Part shown: one piece after another, positions 1 to 10,280 of the stretch
Layout: each line of letters opens with the position of its first letter
Numbering within the stretch: the first letter of the stretch is position 1
IMG/VR virus record: IMGVR_UViG_3300040801_002079
Coordinates: 186,001 to 250,000 of that record
Direction: 5' to 3' (one strand)
DNA: 64,000 nucleotides
Notes under the pieces: generated by a model
The model's input: the letters and a program-made list of their open reading frames with translations, nothing else
Told to the model about the DNA's origin: nothing
Databases searched by the model: none
Position numbers and translations under genes: made by a program

Positions 1-92
1 ATAGCAGCATATTCACCGGGACCTAGCCCGATGACAACTGCGTCTACTTCATTTAATAATTTTATCTTTGCTTCTTTTTTTATTGTCTGCAT
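1..92 (-). CDS. 5' part of probable UvsW-like helicase (runs off window)
   Basis: ATG at 92, open frame MQTIKKEAKIKLLNEVDAVVIGL...; follows UvsY-like gene. Confidence 0.4.
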   Translation of the reverse strand, partial: MQTIKKEAKIKLLNEVDAVVIGLGPGEYAA

Positions 93-93
93 A

Positions 94-573
94 TTATATG
101 CTCATGATAATATCTTGAGCTTCGAGTTCTATCATTTTCAAATAATTGTTTAATGTGTAGGAACGCTGACGGAATTGCTTACCAACAACATCAGCCCTCT
201 CTCTCAATTCCGATATCTCTAATCGTAAGCGCCTTAACTCTATGTATTTCTTATTGCCCGATATTAGACGCTTTATCGCTGTTTCCGAATGATTGTAACC
301 AGACTGCTGCTTAATAGACGTATAGATTTCTTCTTCTCGTTCATCCAGTTTAATATCGAAATATGTTAACAGTGTGTCCAGATCAACGCGGATTTGATCA
401 TAGTATGCGGCCCATGAGTCCTGCTCAATTAATGCATTTGCAATGTTCTTTCCATCTATCTTTAAAGTATCTTCCCATCCCTTTAGCTTATTTTCGTATT
501 TAATCAAAAAGTCACCCAAGGCTTTGTAATCAATGTCGCCATTATCATGGGTTATCATGTTAACAGTACTCAT
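94..573 (-). CDS. uvsY: UvsY-like recombination mediator
   Basis: 159-aa helical protein, C-terminal QFRQRSYTLNN resembles UvsY; in uvsX/gp32 cluster. Confidence 0.6.
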   Translation of the reverse strand: MSTVNMITHDNGDIDYKALGDFLIKYENKLKGWEDTLKIDGKNIANALIEQDSWAAYYDQIRVDLDTLLTYFDIKLDEREEEIYTSIKQQSGYNHSETAIKRLISGNKKYIELRRLRLEISELRERADVVGKQFRQRSYTLNNYLKMIELEAQDIIMSI

Positions 574-1214
574 GATTTCCCCTCTGGTCTTAATAACATG
601 AGTTGCTTTATCTGATCTTCATCTAAATCCATGTCAGTTAAATCAAAACCCTCATATTCAATTTTCTTAGGCTGATTCTCCTTTGGCGTAGATTTAGGGG
701 TTGGGATTTTAACCCCATCTTTAAAGCATTCAAAATATTTCTTTAGAAATGCATCATCTGCAACCATTAGGTCCATCTCTTCTTGACTAGAAGAAAGAAC
801 AAGATCACTATATTCTTTAACAAATTTTACCAAGCCATCAAAATCAGCGTCATCAACCAGCATTAACGGTAGAATTACCCTCATGTGTGTGACATAATTG
901 TTTACATTGCTTGCGTCAATGTAAACAACGTCTTCGTTTTCTCCACGCATGATGGTGCCTTCCCTATACTTTGCTGCACCAATTAAGTCTATAAGTGCGT
1001 TATTGTTCCTATGGAAGTCAACGTTAATCCACTCTGCCGTCATCTCATCATGACACATATCCTTGAAAACTTCATCGAACACAACCGAATAGTCCGATAA
1101 TATATTAACGGTTTCATCGATTGCGTGTTGATTGCGTTTAGCAATTTTGGCAGCTAATGACATATTAATCGGATTTATCCAAGTCTTCGGTTGGGATTTC
1201 ATATTCCAGAACAT
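570..1214 (-). CDS. hypothetical protein
   Basis: 214-aa ORF in operon; true start may be an internal Met (MSLAAK). Confidence 0.6.
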   Translation of the reverse strand: MFWNMKSQPKTWINPINMSLAAKIAKRNQHAIDETVNILSDYSVVFDEVFKDMCHDEMTAEWINVDFHRNNNALIDLIGAAKYREGTIMRGENEDVVYIDASNVNNYVTHMRVILPLMLVDDADFDGLVKFVKEYSDLVLSSSQEEMDLMVADDAFLKKYFECFKDGVKIPTPKSTPKENQPKKIEYEGFDLTDMDLDEDQIKQLMLLRPEGKS

Positions 1215-2202
1215 CGTCTATTGCCTTAACTTCTTTAAAGATAGCATCCTTATACTCATCAAGATTTTTTCTCTGAAATTTATTTTCACCGAATGTATAC
1301 CACGCTCCACTTCTCGTAACAACGCCTAGTGCTTCCGCAGCTTCAAGTATACCAGAATACCAATCCATTCCCGTTTCATACGGAACTTCAATGATACACT
1401 TTTGAAACGGCTTAGTAAGCCTAGTTTTTGCCCCAAACGCTTCCAGAATAATACCTTCGAATTTGTTTGTCATATTATCCTTTAGCAGACGGTTCGTTAG
1501 CATTACAATCTGCGTATATGCGAATTTCAACGAGTGGGTTATTTTTTCAGGCTCACGCTTATTCGTATAAGAATCCTGATTCTGATATGTTTGCTTGGTT
1601 GCCACAACCCCCATGCGATGCTTTCTAATGCGATGCATGATTATTGACTGGAAACTCTTAAGCTGCTTAGCCTGTTGTCCCATATCAGCGGGGTTTTCTC
1701 CCTTTTTCCCTTTCTCAGCTTGTGTATCGGTTTTTAATTCATCAAGAGAATCGATGCATATGAGGTATGGAATCTGTTCACTCTTTGGTGCCTTTTCATA
1801 TTCATTAAAGAATGTAGCCAAAACTTTAGTTGCTGTGGCAATAGAATCAACGCCGTTATACGAGTAGTATGGATTGTCAACATCCACGCCAATCTTGCGC
1901 ATATATTCATTATCCAGTGCATGTTCGGAATCAATAATGAAAACGCCATAACCTTTTTTCAAAACTTCCCTAGCGGCATTTCCAATTAGGAAACTTTTTC
2001 CAGTACCGGACCCACCGCCAATCATGGTCATTCGCTGTTCAGGATATCCCCCATCATACTTGCCAGATATAATTCTGTTAAGAATGCAACTTCCAGTATC
2101 AAAGAAATATTCGGGTGGATTAAGTGCATCTGAAACGTCATCCATTTTATCTGTTTGCTTTTTAACCTTCTGCAAAAAAGAAGGTATCTTTTTATCAGTC
2201 AT
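1165..2202 (-). CDS. uvsX: UvsX/RecA-like recombinase
   Basis: Walker A GGSGTGKS, IDSEHALD, CIDSL, GAWY motifs. Confidence 0.93.
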   Translation of the reverse strand: MTDKKIPSFLQKVKKQTDKMDDVSDALNPPEYFFDTGSCILNRIISGKYDGGYPEQRMTMIGGGSGTGKSFLIGNAAREVLKKGYGVFIIDSEHALDNEYMRKIGVDVDNPYYSYNGVDSIATATKVLATFFNEYEKAPKSEQIPYLICIDSLDELKTDTQAEKGKKGENPADMGQQAKQLKSFQSIIMHRIRKHRMGVVATKQTYQNQDSYTNKREPEKITHSLKFAYTQIVMLTNRLLKDNMTNKFEGIILEAFGAKTRLTKPFQKCIIEVPYETGMDWYSGILEAAEALGVVTRSGAWYTFGENKFQRKNLDEYKDAIFKEVKAIDDVLEYEIPTEDLDKSD

Positions 2203-2290
2203 CTATATTACACTCCATGTTAAAAATGAAAGGGCGGGAAGGAGAGCAACATGAACCATAAAACCTCCCCGCCCCTTCTTAGAGGCGGAT

Positions 2291-3292
2291 TTAGCCTCTA
2301 TTTCTATTCAAAATTCCAGCAATTAAATCTTCATCTGGAACCGAATCAGAGCTTTCTGGCTCTGCTTTAGGCGCAGGAGCTTCAGCCTGAGGTGCCGCAG
2401 CTTCCTCTACAGGAGCAGGGGCTGGGGCTTCAGTGGTTGAAGCTGCCTTTGCTGCCTGTATCGCATCTGCTGCCGATGTAGCTGTGGTTTCTGCATCAGT
2501 GGTTGAAGCAGCGTTTGACCCCTGCTGAGGGCCATACTTGAATTCAGCAACACCAAGATGTGCATCAAGATAGTTTTGAACCTTTTCAAGTGGTGGACGC
2601 TCTGGGAGCAATTCACTCAAATCCATTAATTCCAAATTCTCTGCGTATTCAGCAGGGATATCAGATGGACCCGAAGTAATTCGACTAAAAGCATAGCTAC
2701 TATAGGTCTTATCACCATCTCCTGCCATTTTGCGCTTCTTGATTGTAAATTCAAATGCGCAAATGGGCTTCAATGAATCTTCAGCAGGAAGTTCAGCAAG
2801 ACTTTCATCAAGTGCATCCTGAAGTTGCTTGCCAAACGTGGTAGTGCAAACCCGTCCAGTAAAGTCAACATCGTTGCCGTCTTCATCCTTAACGTTAAGA
2901 GGATCACTAATAACCAAAACCTTTACAAACGAGGTCTTGTTTCTCCAGTAATACCGGCCCTTATCCTTATCGTTATCACGATAATAGCGCTGAGATAAAT
3001 CACAAATGGGACAATCTTCTGCATTCCCAAAAGTCTTGGGACAGGTAACTCTGCGTTCCTCACCATCAATCATGAGGCGATGGTACATGCTGTTAACCAT
3101 GTAAGTCAGGGGATTATCATAATTTGCATCAGGTAAAATGCGAACAACTGCCTGTGCGCCATCATCCATTTCCCAGAAAGGGAAGAAATTCTTATCGACT
3201 GTTCTTTTATAACTTTCTTGAGCCTGTTTCTGCTCAGCCATTCGACGCTTGATATCAGCAACCGAAGGGACTTTATCCATATTAAATGTCAT
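2291..3292 (-). CDS. gp32-like single-stranded DNA-binding protein
   Basis: AVVRILPD, CPKTFG..CPIC zinc motif, acidic low-complexity tail. Confidence 0.88.
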   Translation of the reverse strand: MTFNMDKVPSVADIKRRMAEQKQAQESYKRTVDKNFFPFWEMDDGAQAVVRILPDANYDNPLTYMVNSMYHRLMIDGEERRVTCPKTFGNAEDCPICDLSQRYYRDNDKDKGRYYWRNKTSFVKVLVISDPLNVKDEDGNDVDFTGRVCTTTFGKQLQDALDESLAELPAEDSLKPICAFEFTIKKRKMAGDGDKTYSSYAFSRITSGPSDIPAEYAENLELMDLSELLPERPPLEKVQNYLDAHLGVAEFKYGPQQGSNAASTTDAETTATSAADAIQAAKAASTTEAPAPAPVEEAAAPQAEAPAPKAEPESSDSVPDEDLIAGILNRNRG

Positions 3293-3372
3293 AATCTTGT
3301 CTCCTTGTAACTATTATAACTATTTCTAGCTAAAACTAACTATATGTAAGTATCATTAATACTATGAAATGA

Positions 3373-3399
3373 GTATACCCATCCATAGAACATTGTCAA
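3373..3399 (-). promoter_or_regulatory. sigma70-type promoter for gp32/uvsX operon
   Basis: TTGACA-N16-TATACT on minus strand. Confidence 0.65.
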
Positions 3400-3405
3400 G
3401 CACTT

Positions 3406-3957
3406 TTATCGGAAAATTTTACGTTTTATTTTCTGGAACCAACCAGCGGAAAAAACATTATCTTTTTCCAATTCATCCACCATACGAATCAAGTGCTTAC
3501 AGACTCCTGATATTTCAGATGGATTAACGGGTGCTCTATCCGTTTTCTTCACATATGGCTTCGGTGGATCAGATGCTAGAGCATTATCACGTTGATTAAA
3601 TGCAGCAAATCTATAATAGAAATCCAAGCATGTGCAACTCACTTTTACATCAGATCGATTTTTATTTATCGGCTTAAAGTAATATTCTGTTCCGTCCGGA
3701 GAAATAATCTTAGACATGCCATTATCCCCCTCGTCTTTGAATACCACATTTTCAAAAACTATTCTGGTAATGTACTTACCATTTTTAGTTCTTGCTTCCG
3801 ATTCAACCTCAAGATAATTATCATTAACGTAAGGTATAAAAACCGTATTAGTAAGAGTAACGTCAGATGCCCTGTCACTTCGTCCCGGCATTTTACTGTC
3901 GGTAGATCGTAACAGTTTATTGTACGAAATCTCTAATAATACATCATCCTTTGCCAT
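3406..3957 (-). CDS. SWIM zinc-finger protein
   Basis: VSCTCLDF...CKH; TATAAATA late promoter at 3965-3972. Confidence 0.7.
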   Translation of the reverse strand: MAKDDVLLEISYNKLLRSTDSKMPGRSDRASDVTLTNTVFIPYVNDNYLEVESEARTKNGKYITRIVFENVVFKDEGDNGMSKIISPDGTEYYFKPINKNRSDVKVSCTCLDFYYRFAAFNQRDNALASDPPKPYVKKTDRAPVNPSEISGVCKHLIRMVDELEKDNVFSAGWFQKIKRKIFR

Positions 3958-3966
3958 ATAATCTAT

Positions 3967-5553
3967 TTATACAATAAAGGGTAAACTGTCATCCGCATCT
4001 TCGACCATTTCAATGTCATCAACCGACCAGTCATCAGTGTCATCAACAGCTAAGGCATATAGCTTTTCATATGCCTGCTCATCATATTCCGCTAAATCAT
4101 CAAGCACTCTTAGTATAATAAGGTATGCGGATATACAGTCATCCGTTGAACCACTCTTTGCATTGTATGTTTTACCAGAACGGGCGAAGTTTTTCAACTC
4201 TTTTAGTAGCGTCATTGAATGTATTTTTAACTGTTTAGCCTCTATCAACATTTTCAGTTTATTGGCATACTTCAGCTTAACCGTATCAGTAGTGGTAAAA
4301 CCAAATCGTGTTTTACCCTCTTCGTGAATCATCTCTGCTCGTTCCGGGAATTCTTCGTCAACACTATAGAGTGATATTATACCTTCACCAACGCCATTAT
4401 TTTCAACGGAGAATAATATTTCACAATCGTTAGTGATGAAGAATTGAATAATTTTTTTCATCAATGTGTATATTTCAGGTGAGCTAGTGTTGTTACTTCT
4501 AAATTCCATAACTTGCTCAAGAGATGGAAACTCTACAATTTCAATAGTAGTGAAGTCCTTTCCTGTACCAGTTGAGGGGTCAACACCCATAAGGTATGTG
4601 CCACCAGCTTTTATCTGTGTAAAGAATGGGATTTCATGAAGCTTAAATAGAACATTTGATGTACCCGCGTCAAGTATTTCCTTTTCACGCTCAATGACTA
4701 TACGGTTGTCAAGTAGTGTTCCCTCGCCACCCAAGAATTCACACTCATATTCTTGCAGCCATTTACGCTCACCAAGCAACGACATTTGACCCTGCTTAAA
4801 CGCTTCATCTCTTCCGGGAGGCATATCCCATTTAATCCACTTGGGAACAAACTTAAGCATTGTTTCTTGTGACCCCTGCATTGAATCTCCAAGCTCAGCC
4901 GTTCTCCATAGCTCTGCGAACTTATCAGAATCTCCATTCGGCGTAGATGATATAATGCAGTCACCACCAGTTGACAGAGTGGGCAAGATAGCTGACCAGA
5001 ACTCTTCCTGTACGTGCTGGGGAACGAAGGCAAACTCATCACAGTACAAGAGGGAGATTGATTTACCTCGTCCTGAGCTTTCTGAGGTCGTTTCAGCGGT
5101 TATAACACTCTTGTTTTCAAACCCACAAGTATGCTTATTCCAATTCTTATCATCTATTCCGGGCTTGAGCCACTGGGGAAGCTCCTCATATGCGTTTTGA
5201 ATCTTAGCAATAATTTCTTTAGCGTTAGCAGATTTGTTTGATGCAATTAGAATATTCTTATTAGGATAAAAAATTGCTTGATGCAAAATGAATGCGCCCG
5301 TAGTTTCTGTCTTTCCAGTCTGACGGGCACTTAATAAAATATTAAATCGGTTGTTTACATAGTTATCAAGAATTTCTTCTTGGTAATCATAGAGCTTAAA
5401 AAGTATTTGTCCATCAACGGGGTGCTTGATATAAACATAGTTTCTACAGAAATATTTTACATCCCTTTTACACTTGGCAATTTCAATTAGCATTTCAGGC
5501 GTATACTCGGTTTGAGTAAACGCCTTCTTCAATTTTGTATTTGACCTAGCCAT
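3967..5553 (-). CDS. terminase large subunit (gp17-like)
   Basis: LYDYQ, ARQTGKT, LLYCDEFAF, SSTPNG, GVDPSTG nuclease motif. Confidence 0.95.
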   Translation of the reverse strand: MARSNTKLKKAFTQTEYTPEMLIEIAKCKRDVKYFCRNYVYIKHPVDGQILFKLYDYQEEILDNYVNNRFNILLSARQTGKTETTGAFILHQAIFYPNKNILIASNKSANAKEIIAKIQNAYEELPQWLKPGIDDKNWNKHTCGFENKSVITAETTSESSGRGKSISLLYCDEFAFVPQHVQEEFWSAILPTLSTGGDCIISSTPNGDSDKFAELWRTAELGDSMQGSQETMLKFVPKWIKWDMPPGRDEAFKQGQMSLLGERKWLQEYECEFLGGEGTLLDNRIVIEREKEILDAGTSNVLFKLHEIPFFTQIKAGGTYLMGVDPSTGTGKDFTTIEIVEFPSLEQVMEFRSNNTSSPEIYTLMKKIIQFFITNDCEILFSVENNGVGEGIISLYSVDEEFPERAEMIHEEGKTRFGFTTTDTVKLKYANKLKMLIEAKQLKIHSMTLLKELKNFARSGKTYNAKSGSTDDCISAYLIILRVLDDLAEYDEQAYEKLYALAVDDTDDWSVDDIEMVEDADDSLPFIV

Positions 5554-5612
5554 CCTTGGCTCCCTTTTTAACCATAATTATATTTATGGCTGTAAAATTA
5601 GGGTGTTACGGT

Positions 5613-7316
5613 CTAAAAATCTCCCCTGAATTCCCCATCAACAATATGAATGAGGGTTCTTGAACCATCTTCATAAATGATACAATGGGTGTGCATCCAA
5701 CTACTTGGACCCTTAGCGTACTCAAGGTCACGCTTAGCACTAAGTCCAAGCTGATATGCACCTTCCTTAATTCCCGGAGTATGGGAGTGTCCAATTACAA
5801 CTTTAGGTCCAATCTTAGAGAAAGATGTAATGGTGCCTTTGCCACCGGCAGTTCCATGATCACCATGATATCCAACTTCAATATCTTTAATCATGAAACT
5901 CTCATCTCTCTTTAAGAACCTAACGTTGTCTCGGTTGCTAAGACCCCGTTCACTTTCTGGATTGAAGCACCACCAAGCAAATGCATCAAATGTTTCAAAC
6001 CCTGTTTCAGTCATTCTAACATTATCAAGTTGATGATACTTCATATAGTAATAGAACTTTGAATTCTCTGGGTCGATCTTGGGATCACATTCCTTCAGCC
6101 ATCGATCAAATGCTTCATCATGGTTAGAGCGAACAATGATGGTCTGAGTCTCGGGAGAAACATGTCGATCAATATAATCTGCCGTTACTTGTAGCCCCCT
6201 CTCAACATTGTTTCTACCAAAGTGATGCTTACCATAGGCCAAGACATCATCACCCCTATGGTGGTGATTGCGTCGATAGAAATCATCAACATCATGCTTA
6301 ACCTGATATTTTGGTCGCAAGAGTCCCATCATTGAATTTTCACCAACATATGTTGCTCTTTCAACGTCCTCACAAATAAACTCGGCGTGTGAGTCACCCG
6401 TAATTAACGCTTCGACTCTCACCCCTGTTCGGTGAGAAGCTATGCCATAAAACGAATCTAAATCATAAAATCCACGCAACTTATGATTCCAATGTATATG
6501 GCGCATATGATGATGCCCATTACCATCAACTTCAACTATAAGGGCAGCAAAACTATGATGAAACGCACCCTTATGACCAGCTTTAGAATCTGTGAAATTG
6601 GGGTGGGTTATGCTTCCCGTTGTTGACAGCAGTTTTGGTAACTTCTGACTGGGTGTTGCAATGCTTCGAAGTTCAATTTTGGGATGCCCAAACACACCCG
6701 ATGATAGCCCAGTATAACTCTCAAATCCAACCAGTGGATTAATGGCAGTGGGCTGAATTTTAATGTGTCCCATATATTCAAAGGACTTAGCTAACTTCCT
6801 TGAATAATTGTGCAGGTATGGTTGCACACTGGGGTGCCACCATTCATCCTCTTGATTCTTGCTTGTCCATATGGATGTTGGGTTCCTATATCTCGTAGGG
6901 ATAACCAGAAGTTCTGCGTCCATTATATTGCAATAATTTAATATAGCTTTAAGGAAGTTTTCCTCAACAGGGGTCGCATTTTGCGCTGAAGTTATAATGT
7001 ATCGCTTGTTAACTTCATATTCAGTAATTCTCTCGGGTATTCGCTTCTCCTGAAGAAGTTCAATTGTTTCCTCAAACTCATCCATTACATCGGCTGGAAT
7101 ATCAGACTCTCCTGATAATTCAAGAGCGTCTAGTAGAAGCCCCGTCCTATCAGAAATCTTGAGTCGCTTTCGCATAAGCGAATCGGGCTGCATTCCCAAA
7201 TAACTTGCCAACTGTTCCCTACTAAGGCCAGCTTTAATAGCTGCCTTATAGGTCGTTATAAATTTTAAGTTTGGGTCTAAATCGAACTTTTCCAATTCTA
7301 GTTGTAAATAATCCAT
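5613..7316 (-). CDS. T5 A1-like metallophosphoesterase/nuclease with N-terminal HTH
   Basis: ITSAQNATP, GDSH, SNHD, HGD, GHSH motifs; start moved to ATG 7316 (AAGGAG RBS; TTGACA-N16-TATTAT promoter upstream). Confidence 0.7.
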   Translation of the reverse strand: MDYLQLELEKFDLDPNLKFITTYKAAIKAGLSREQLASYLGMQPDSLMRKRLKISDRTGLLLDALELSGESDIPADVMDEFEETIELLQEKRIPERITEYEVNKRYIITSAQNATPVEENFLKAILNYCNIMDAELLVIPTRYRNPTSIWTSKNQEDEWWHPSVQPYLHNYSRKLAKSFEYMGHIKIQPTAINPLVGFESYTGLSSGVFGHPKIELRSIATPSQKLPKLLSTTGSITHPNFTDSKAGHKGAFHHSFAALIVEVDGNGHHHMRHIHWNHKLRGFYDLDSFYGIASHRTGVRVEALITGDSHAEFICEDVERATYVGENSMMGLLRPKYQVKHDVDDFYRRNHHHRGDDVLAYGKHHFGRNNVERGLQVTADYIDRHVSPETQTIIVRSNHDEAFDRWLKECDPKIDPENSKFYYYMKYHQLDNVRMTETGFETFDAFAWWCFNPESERGLSNRDNVRFLKRDESFMIKDIEVGYHGDHGTAGGKGTITSFSKIGPKVVIGHSHTPGIKEGAYQLGLSAKRDLEYAKGPSSWMHTHCIIYEDGSRTLIHIVDGEFRGDF

Positions 7317-7373
7317 TGAGTTATACTCCTTGCATTTTGTGCATAATAACACGCATTTATATTATGTCAAGGA

Positions 7374-9281
7374 TTATAATTCACAACCCTGACCAGAAGA
7401 ACATGCCAATTCCTGACTACCAATTGTGTGATCCTCTGCTTCAGTATAATCAGAAAAATCAACACCTTTAGGCATATTCTTCAGCAATTCACTATACTCC
7501 TCATAAGTAATTTCCTGATAAGGAGCTTGTCTGTATGTACCACCATCATATGGCAAGAATGAGATGCCTGAAATCCACTTGAAGTTGTCATACACCCATG
7601 CCCCAACTTTCATCCATTCATCTTCTCGGACATATACTGTAATACTTGGCTTGTGCTCACACCAGTGTTTGGCTACAAACTTCCAGTGTTCAAGCTGATC
7701 CATTGCACTCATGTCGTTTCTGAATACAGAATCCTTTGGACCCTTAACAGGGAAAGAAAATACATAATTTGTTGGCGGATTTCCATCAAACCTTAATTCA
7801 TCTTCATAGGGGAACCCATTTTCAATCATCCACTTACCAAGGGGGTCCTTTTTGTCCTGACGAACCGTTCTAATATAATATTGTGAAAAGCGAGGATGTA
7901 AACCAGATGCTGAATTAACAAGCTGAGATACTGTGCCACTAGGCTTAACACATGTAATAGCTGCTGAAACGGGGATTCCAAGTAACTCTGAAAACTCTTC
8001 GTTTGTCTCAATAGAAACCTGCTTCATTTGCTTCAACCATGACTCCGCATGTCCGGTAGTCTTGGATAATGTTGCATGATCCATCATACCAGTCAAACTC
8101 ACGCCCAATAACCGCTCCTCTTTGGTATTACGTTCCCATGTCTTACTGAGGAATCTAAAATCAGTGAGGGTGGACTGAAGAGTTCCAAGAATAGTAGCTA
8201 GGCGAACCTTTTGCTTAAGACTATCAAGGGTGTCCCCATTACGAACAACAACTTCGGATAGGTTGCAAAACTGCTTTGACCTTAGAATAATCTCTGAACA
8301 TGGATTTGTTCCAAACTCATGTTCGGGATCGCGGCGTTCAGGAATAAGTTCCTTACATGCCTTCCGACTAAAGATTCCTCTTTCTCCCGATTTAGATTCG
8401 TACAGTGCCTGCCATTCTCTCATAAAGATTCCCATATCAGGCATCTCGGTGTAGCAAACAGAATTATTAGCTAGCGCCCTCTGTGGATTGGTCATCCACC
8501 AATCTCCATGCTTAGCCTTCTGCATACGCTCATCCGTAAGATTAGAAAGGCTGATAAGTGCTGATCGTCTTACACCACCACATACCACGATATCAGCGGT
8601 TTTACATACGATATCATGACATTCAACGGAATTTAATTTGCGTCCTAACCCCTTGATTGGATTACCATTTTTTCTTCCGGGGTTAAATCTATCAGCAATA
8701 AAATTAAAAAGGTCTTCAAGTGGTTCAGGTCCACTCGCTCTACCGCCAAAGGTTTTTAATCTTGCACCAGCGGGGCGAACTTTTGACATGTCCCACTGGG
8801 GCAGCATACCAGAATATAGCATGGCAATTAATTGCTTTAGTGCTATGGCCCAACCCATTTTAGAATCACGAACAACAATTGTTGTATCGGTTGGATGAAT
8901 TTCATCTGGAACTTCAGGTAACTCATTAATAAACTGACGCTCAACAGAAAAGCCAACGCCCGTTCCACACATCAAGATATACATAATCTCAGCAAACACA
9001 ACGGGATGGTCCACGGCAACATACGAACAATTGTACCCCGCGACATTATCACGGTCCAGAGCTTTGCCTGCCGTCATCATAGCTCTCATGGAAGGCATAA
9101 CCTCCATGTTGTAAATACCTTCTCGCAACTCATCCCATGGAATCCCATCTCTATCCTTGTTGCGCTCTTTGAAAAAATTAATATATCTATCGACAGTTTC
9201 ATCCCATGTTTCACGGCGTTGTTCTTCCGGGATAAATCTTGCGTAGCGTGATGCGTGTATATAGCGTCTATAACTATCCAT
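7374..9281 (-). CDS. nrdJ: class II (B12-dependent) ribonucleotide reductase
   Basis: YNC, GTGVGFS, RRSA, TNPCSEI, CVKPSGT, C-terminal CSSGQGC. Confidence 0.92.
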   Translation of the reverse strand: MDSYRRYIHASRYARFIPEEQRRETWDETVDRYINFFKERNKDRDGIPWDELREGIYNMEVMPSMRAMMTAGKALDRDNVAGYNCSYVAVDHPVVFAEIMYILMCGTGVGFSVERQFINELPEVPDEIHPTDTTIVVRDSKMGWAIALKQLIAMLYSGMLPQWDMSKVRPAGARLKTFGGRASGPEPLEDLFNFIADRFNPGRKNGNPIKGLGRKLNSVECHDIVCKTADIVVCGGVRRSALISLSNLTDERMQKAKHGDWWMTNPQRALANNSVCYTEMPDMGIFMREWQALYESKSGERGIFSRKACKELIPERRDPEHEFGTNPCSEIILRSKQFCNLSEVVVRNGDTLDSLKQKVRLATILGTLQSTLTDFRFLSKTWERNTKEERLLGVSLTGMMDHATLSKTTGHAESWLKQMKQVSIETNEEFSELLGIPVSAAITCVKPSGTVSQLVNSASGLHPRFSQYYIRTVRQDKKDPLGKWMIENGFPYEDELRFDGNPPTNYVFSFPVKGPKDSVFRNDMSAMDQLEHWKFVAKHWCEHKPSITVYVREDEWMKVGAWVYDNFKWISGISFLPYDGGTYRQAPYQEITYEEYSELLKNMPKGVDFSDYTEAEDHTIGSQELACSSGQGCEL

Positions 9282-9311
9282 TCCAGTCTCCTAATTCTAA
9301 AAATAGTTTAT

Positions 9312-9812
9312 TTAATCGGTTTCTTTATGTTCTAGAACCCTATCATCAGTGGGTTCTTCATCTTGATCAAAGGCAAGACCTTTCTCTATCAGCTTTAACA
9401 CATCATCGTGTGTGCCAATAATAAGGTTGTTTGTTTGCTTTCCACCCTTGCCCAAAGCTTTCTCTTTTTGCTTAAGGGTGTCGATGTGCTGTTTTAGTAC
9501 ACGGCGCTTTTCAGATGCGGATAGCGCGGTATTTAATATTTGACCAGCAACCTCTGCGAGGCGTGATCGTTTGCTTGGATCAGCGTCATCAATTTCATCG
9601 ACCAGATACTCGTATAGTTCCATTGCCTTATCATGAACATTAAGGAAATCATCTTCAATTTCGATATCCTTTTCATCATAATCATCATGGTCTTTCGGTT
9701 CACTTACTACACGAGTTTTTTCAATTTCAGTGGTCCCGGACGGGACACCAAGAATATTTTCAAACGAATGCTCAATAGTCTCGGTAACCTTTTCAACTTT
9801 TCGCTCAGTCAT
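9312..9812 (-). CDS. terminase small subunit (gp16-like)
   Basis: RLAEVAGQIL and TNNLIIGTHDDVLK resemble T4-like gp16; late promoter upstream. Confidence 0.7.
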   Translation of the reverse strand: MTERKVEKVTETIEHSFENILGVPSGTTEIEKTRVVSEPKDHDDYDEKDIEIEDDFLNVHDKAMELYEYLVDEIDDADPSKRSRLAEVAGQILNTALSASEKRRVLKQHIDTLKQKEKALGKGGKQTNNLIIGTHDDVLKLIEKGLAFDQDEEPTDDRVLEHKETD

Positions 9813-9995
9813 GGAATCTATTTATGCTCTGGTTTAGAAACTAAATTAAATTTTATTTCCGGACTAACTGAAATATTTTGAGGACTTTCACCAAATTGAT
9901 GCTGGCACCAAGTATCAAAATCAAAGCTATTATTTAACACATTGTTTTGAATATATTTTTTATATTCTTCGATTATTTCTATATAATTATTCATG

Positions 9996-10280
9996 TCATT
10001 CACCGCCATCATTTGATGCATCCGGTGTTTCACTGTCCACCTCTGTGGATTGAACATTTTCTGCTGGACCAACAACTTTCATAACGTCAGCCATGATTGA
10101 AGCTCGTGCCGCCTGTGCTGCAACAGCTAATGTATCTCGCTTAAATGTTGCCTCTGTTAATTCATAATTAACACGATCAAAAAATCGGATGGCTTGACGC
10201 AACTCATATGGTAGTGCATCCACTGGCACAGTTCTACCATCCTCTAAATCAATTTTTTCAGTCTTTGCCATTTCACTCAT
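9996..10280 (-). CDS. hypothetical protein
   Basis: overlaps helicase stop, coupled. Confidence 0.6.
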   Translation of the reverse strand: MSEMAKTEKIDLEDGRTVPVDALPYELRQAIRFFDRVNYELTEATFKRDTLAVAAQAARASIMADVMKVVGPAENVQSTEVDSETPDASNDGGE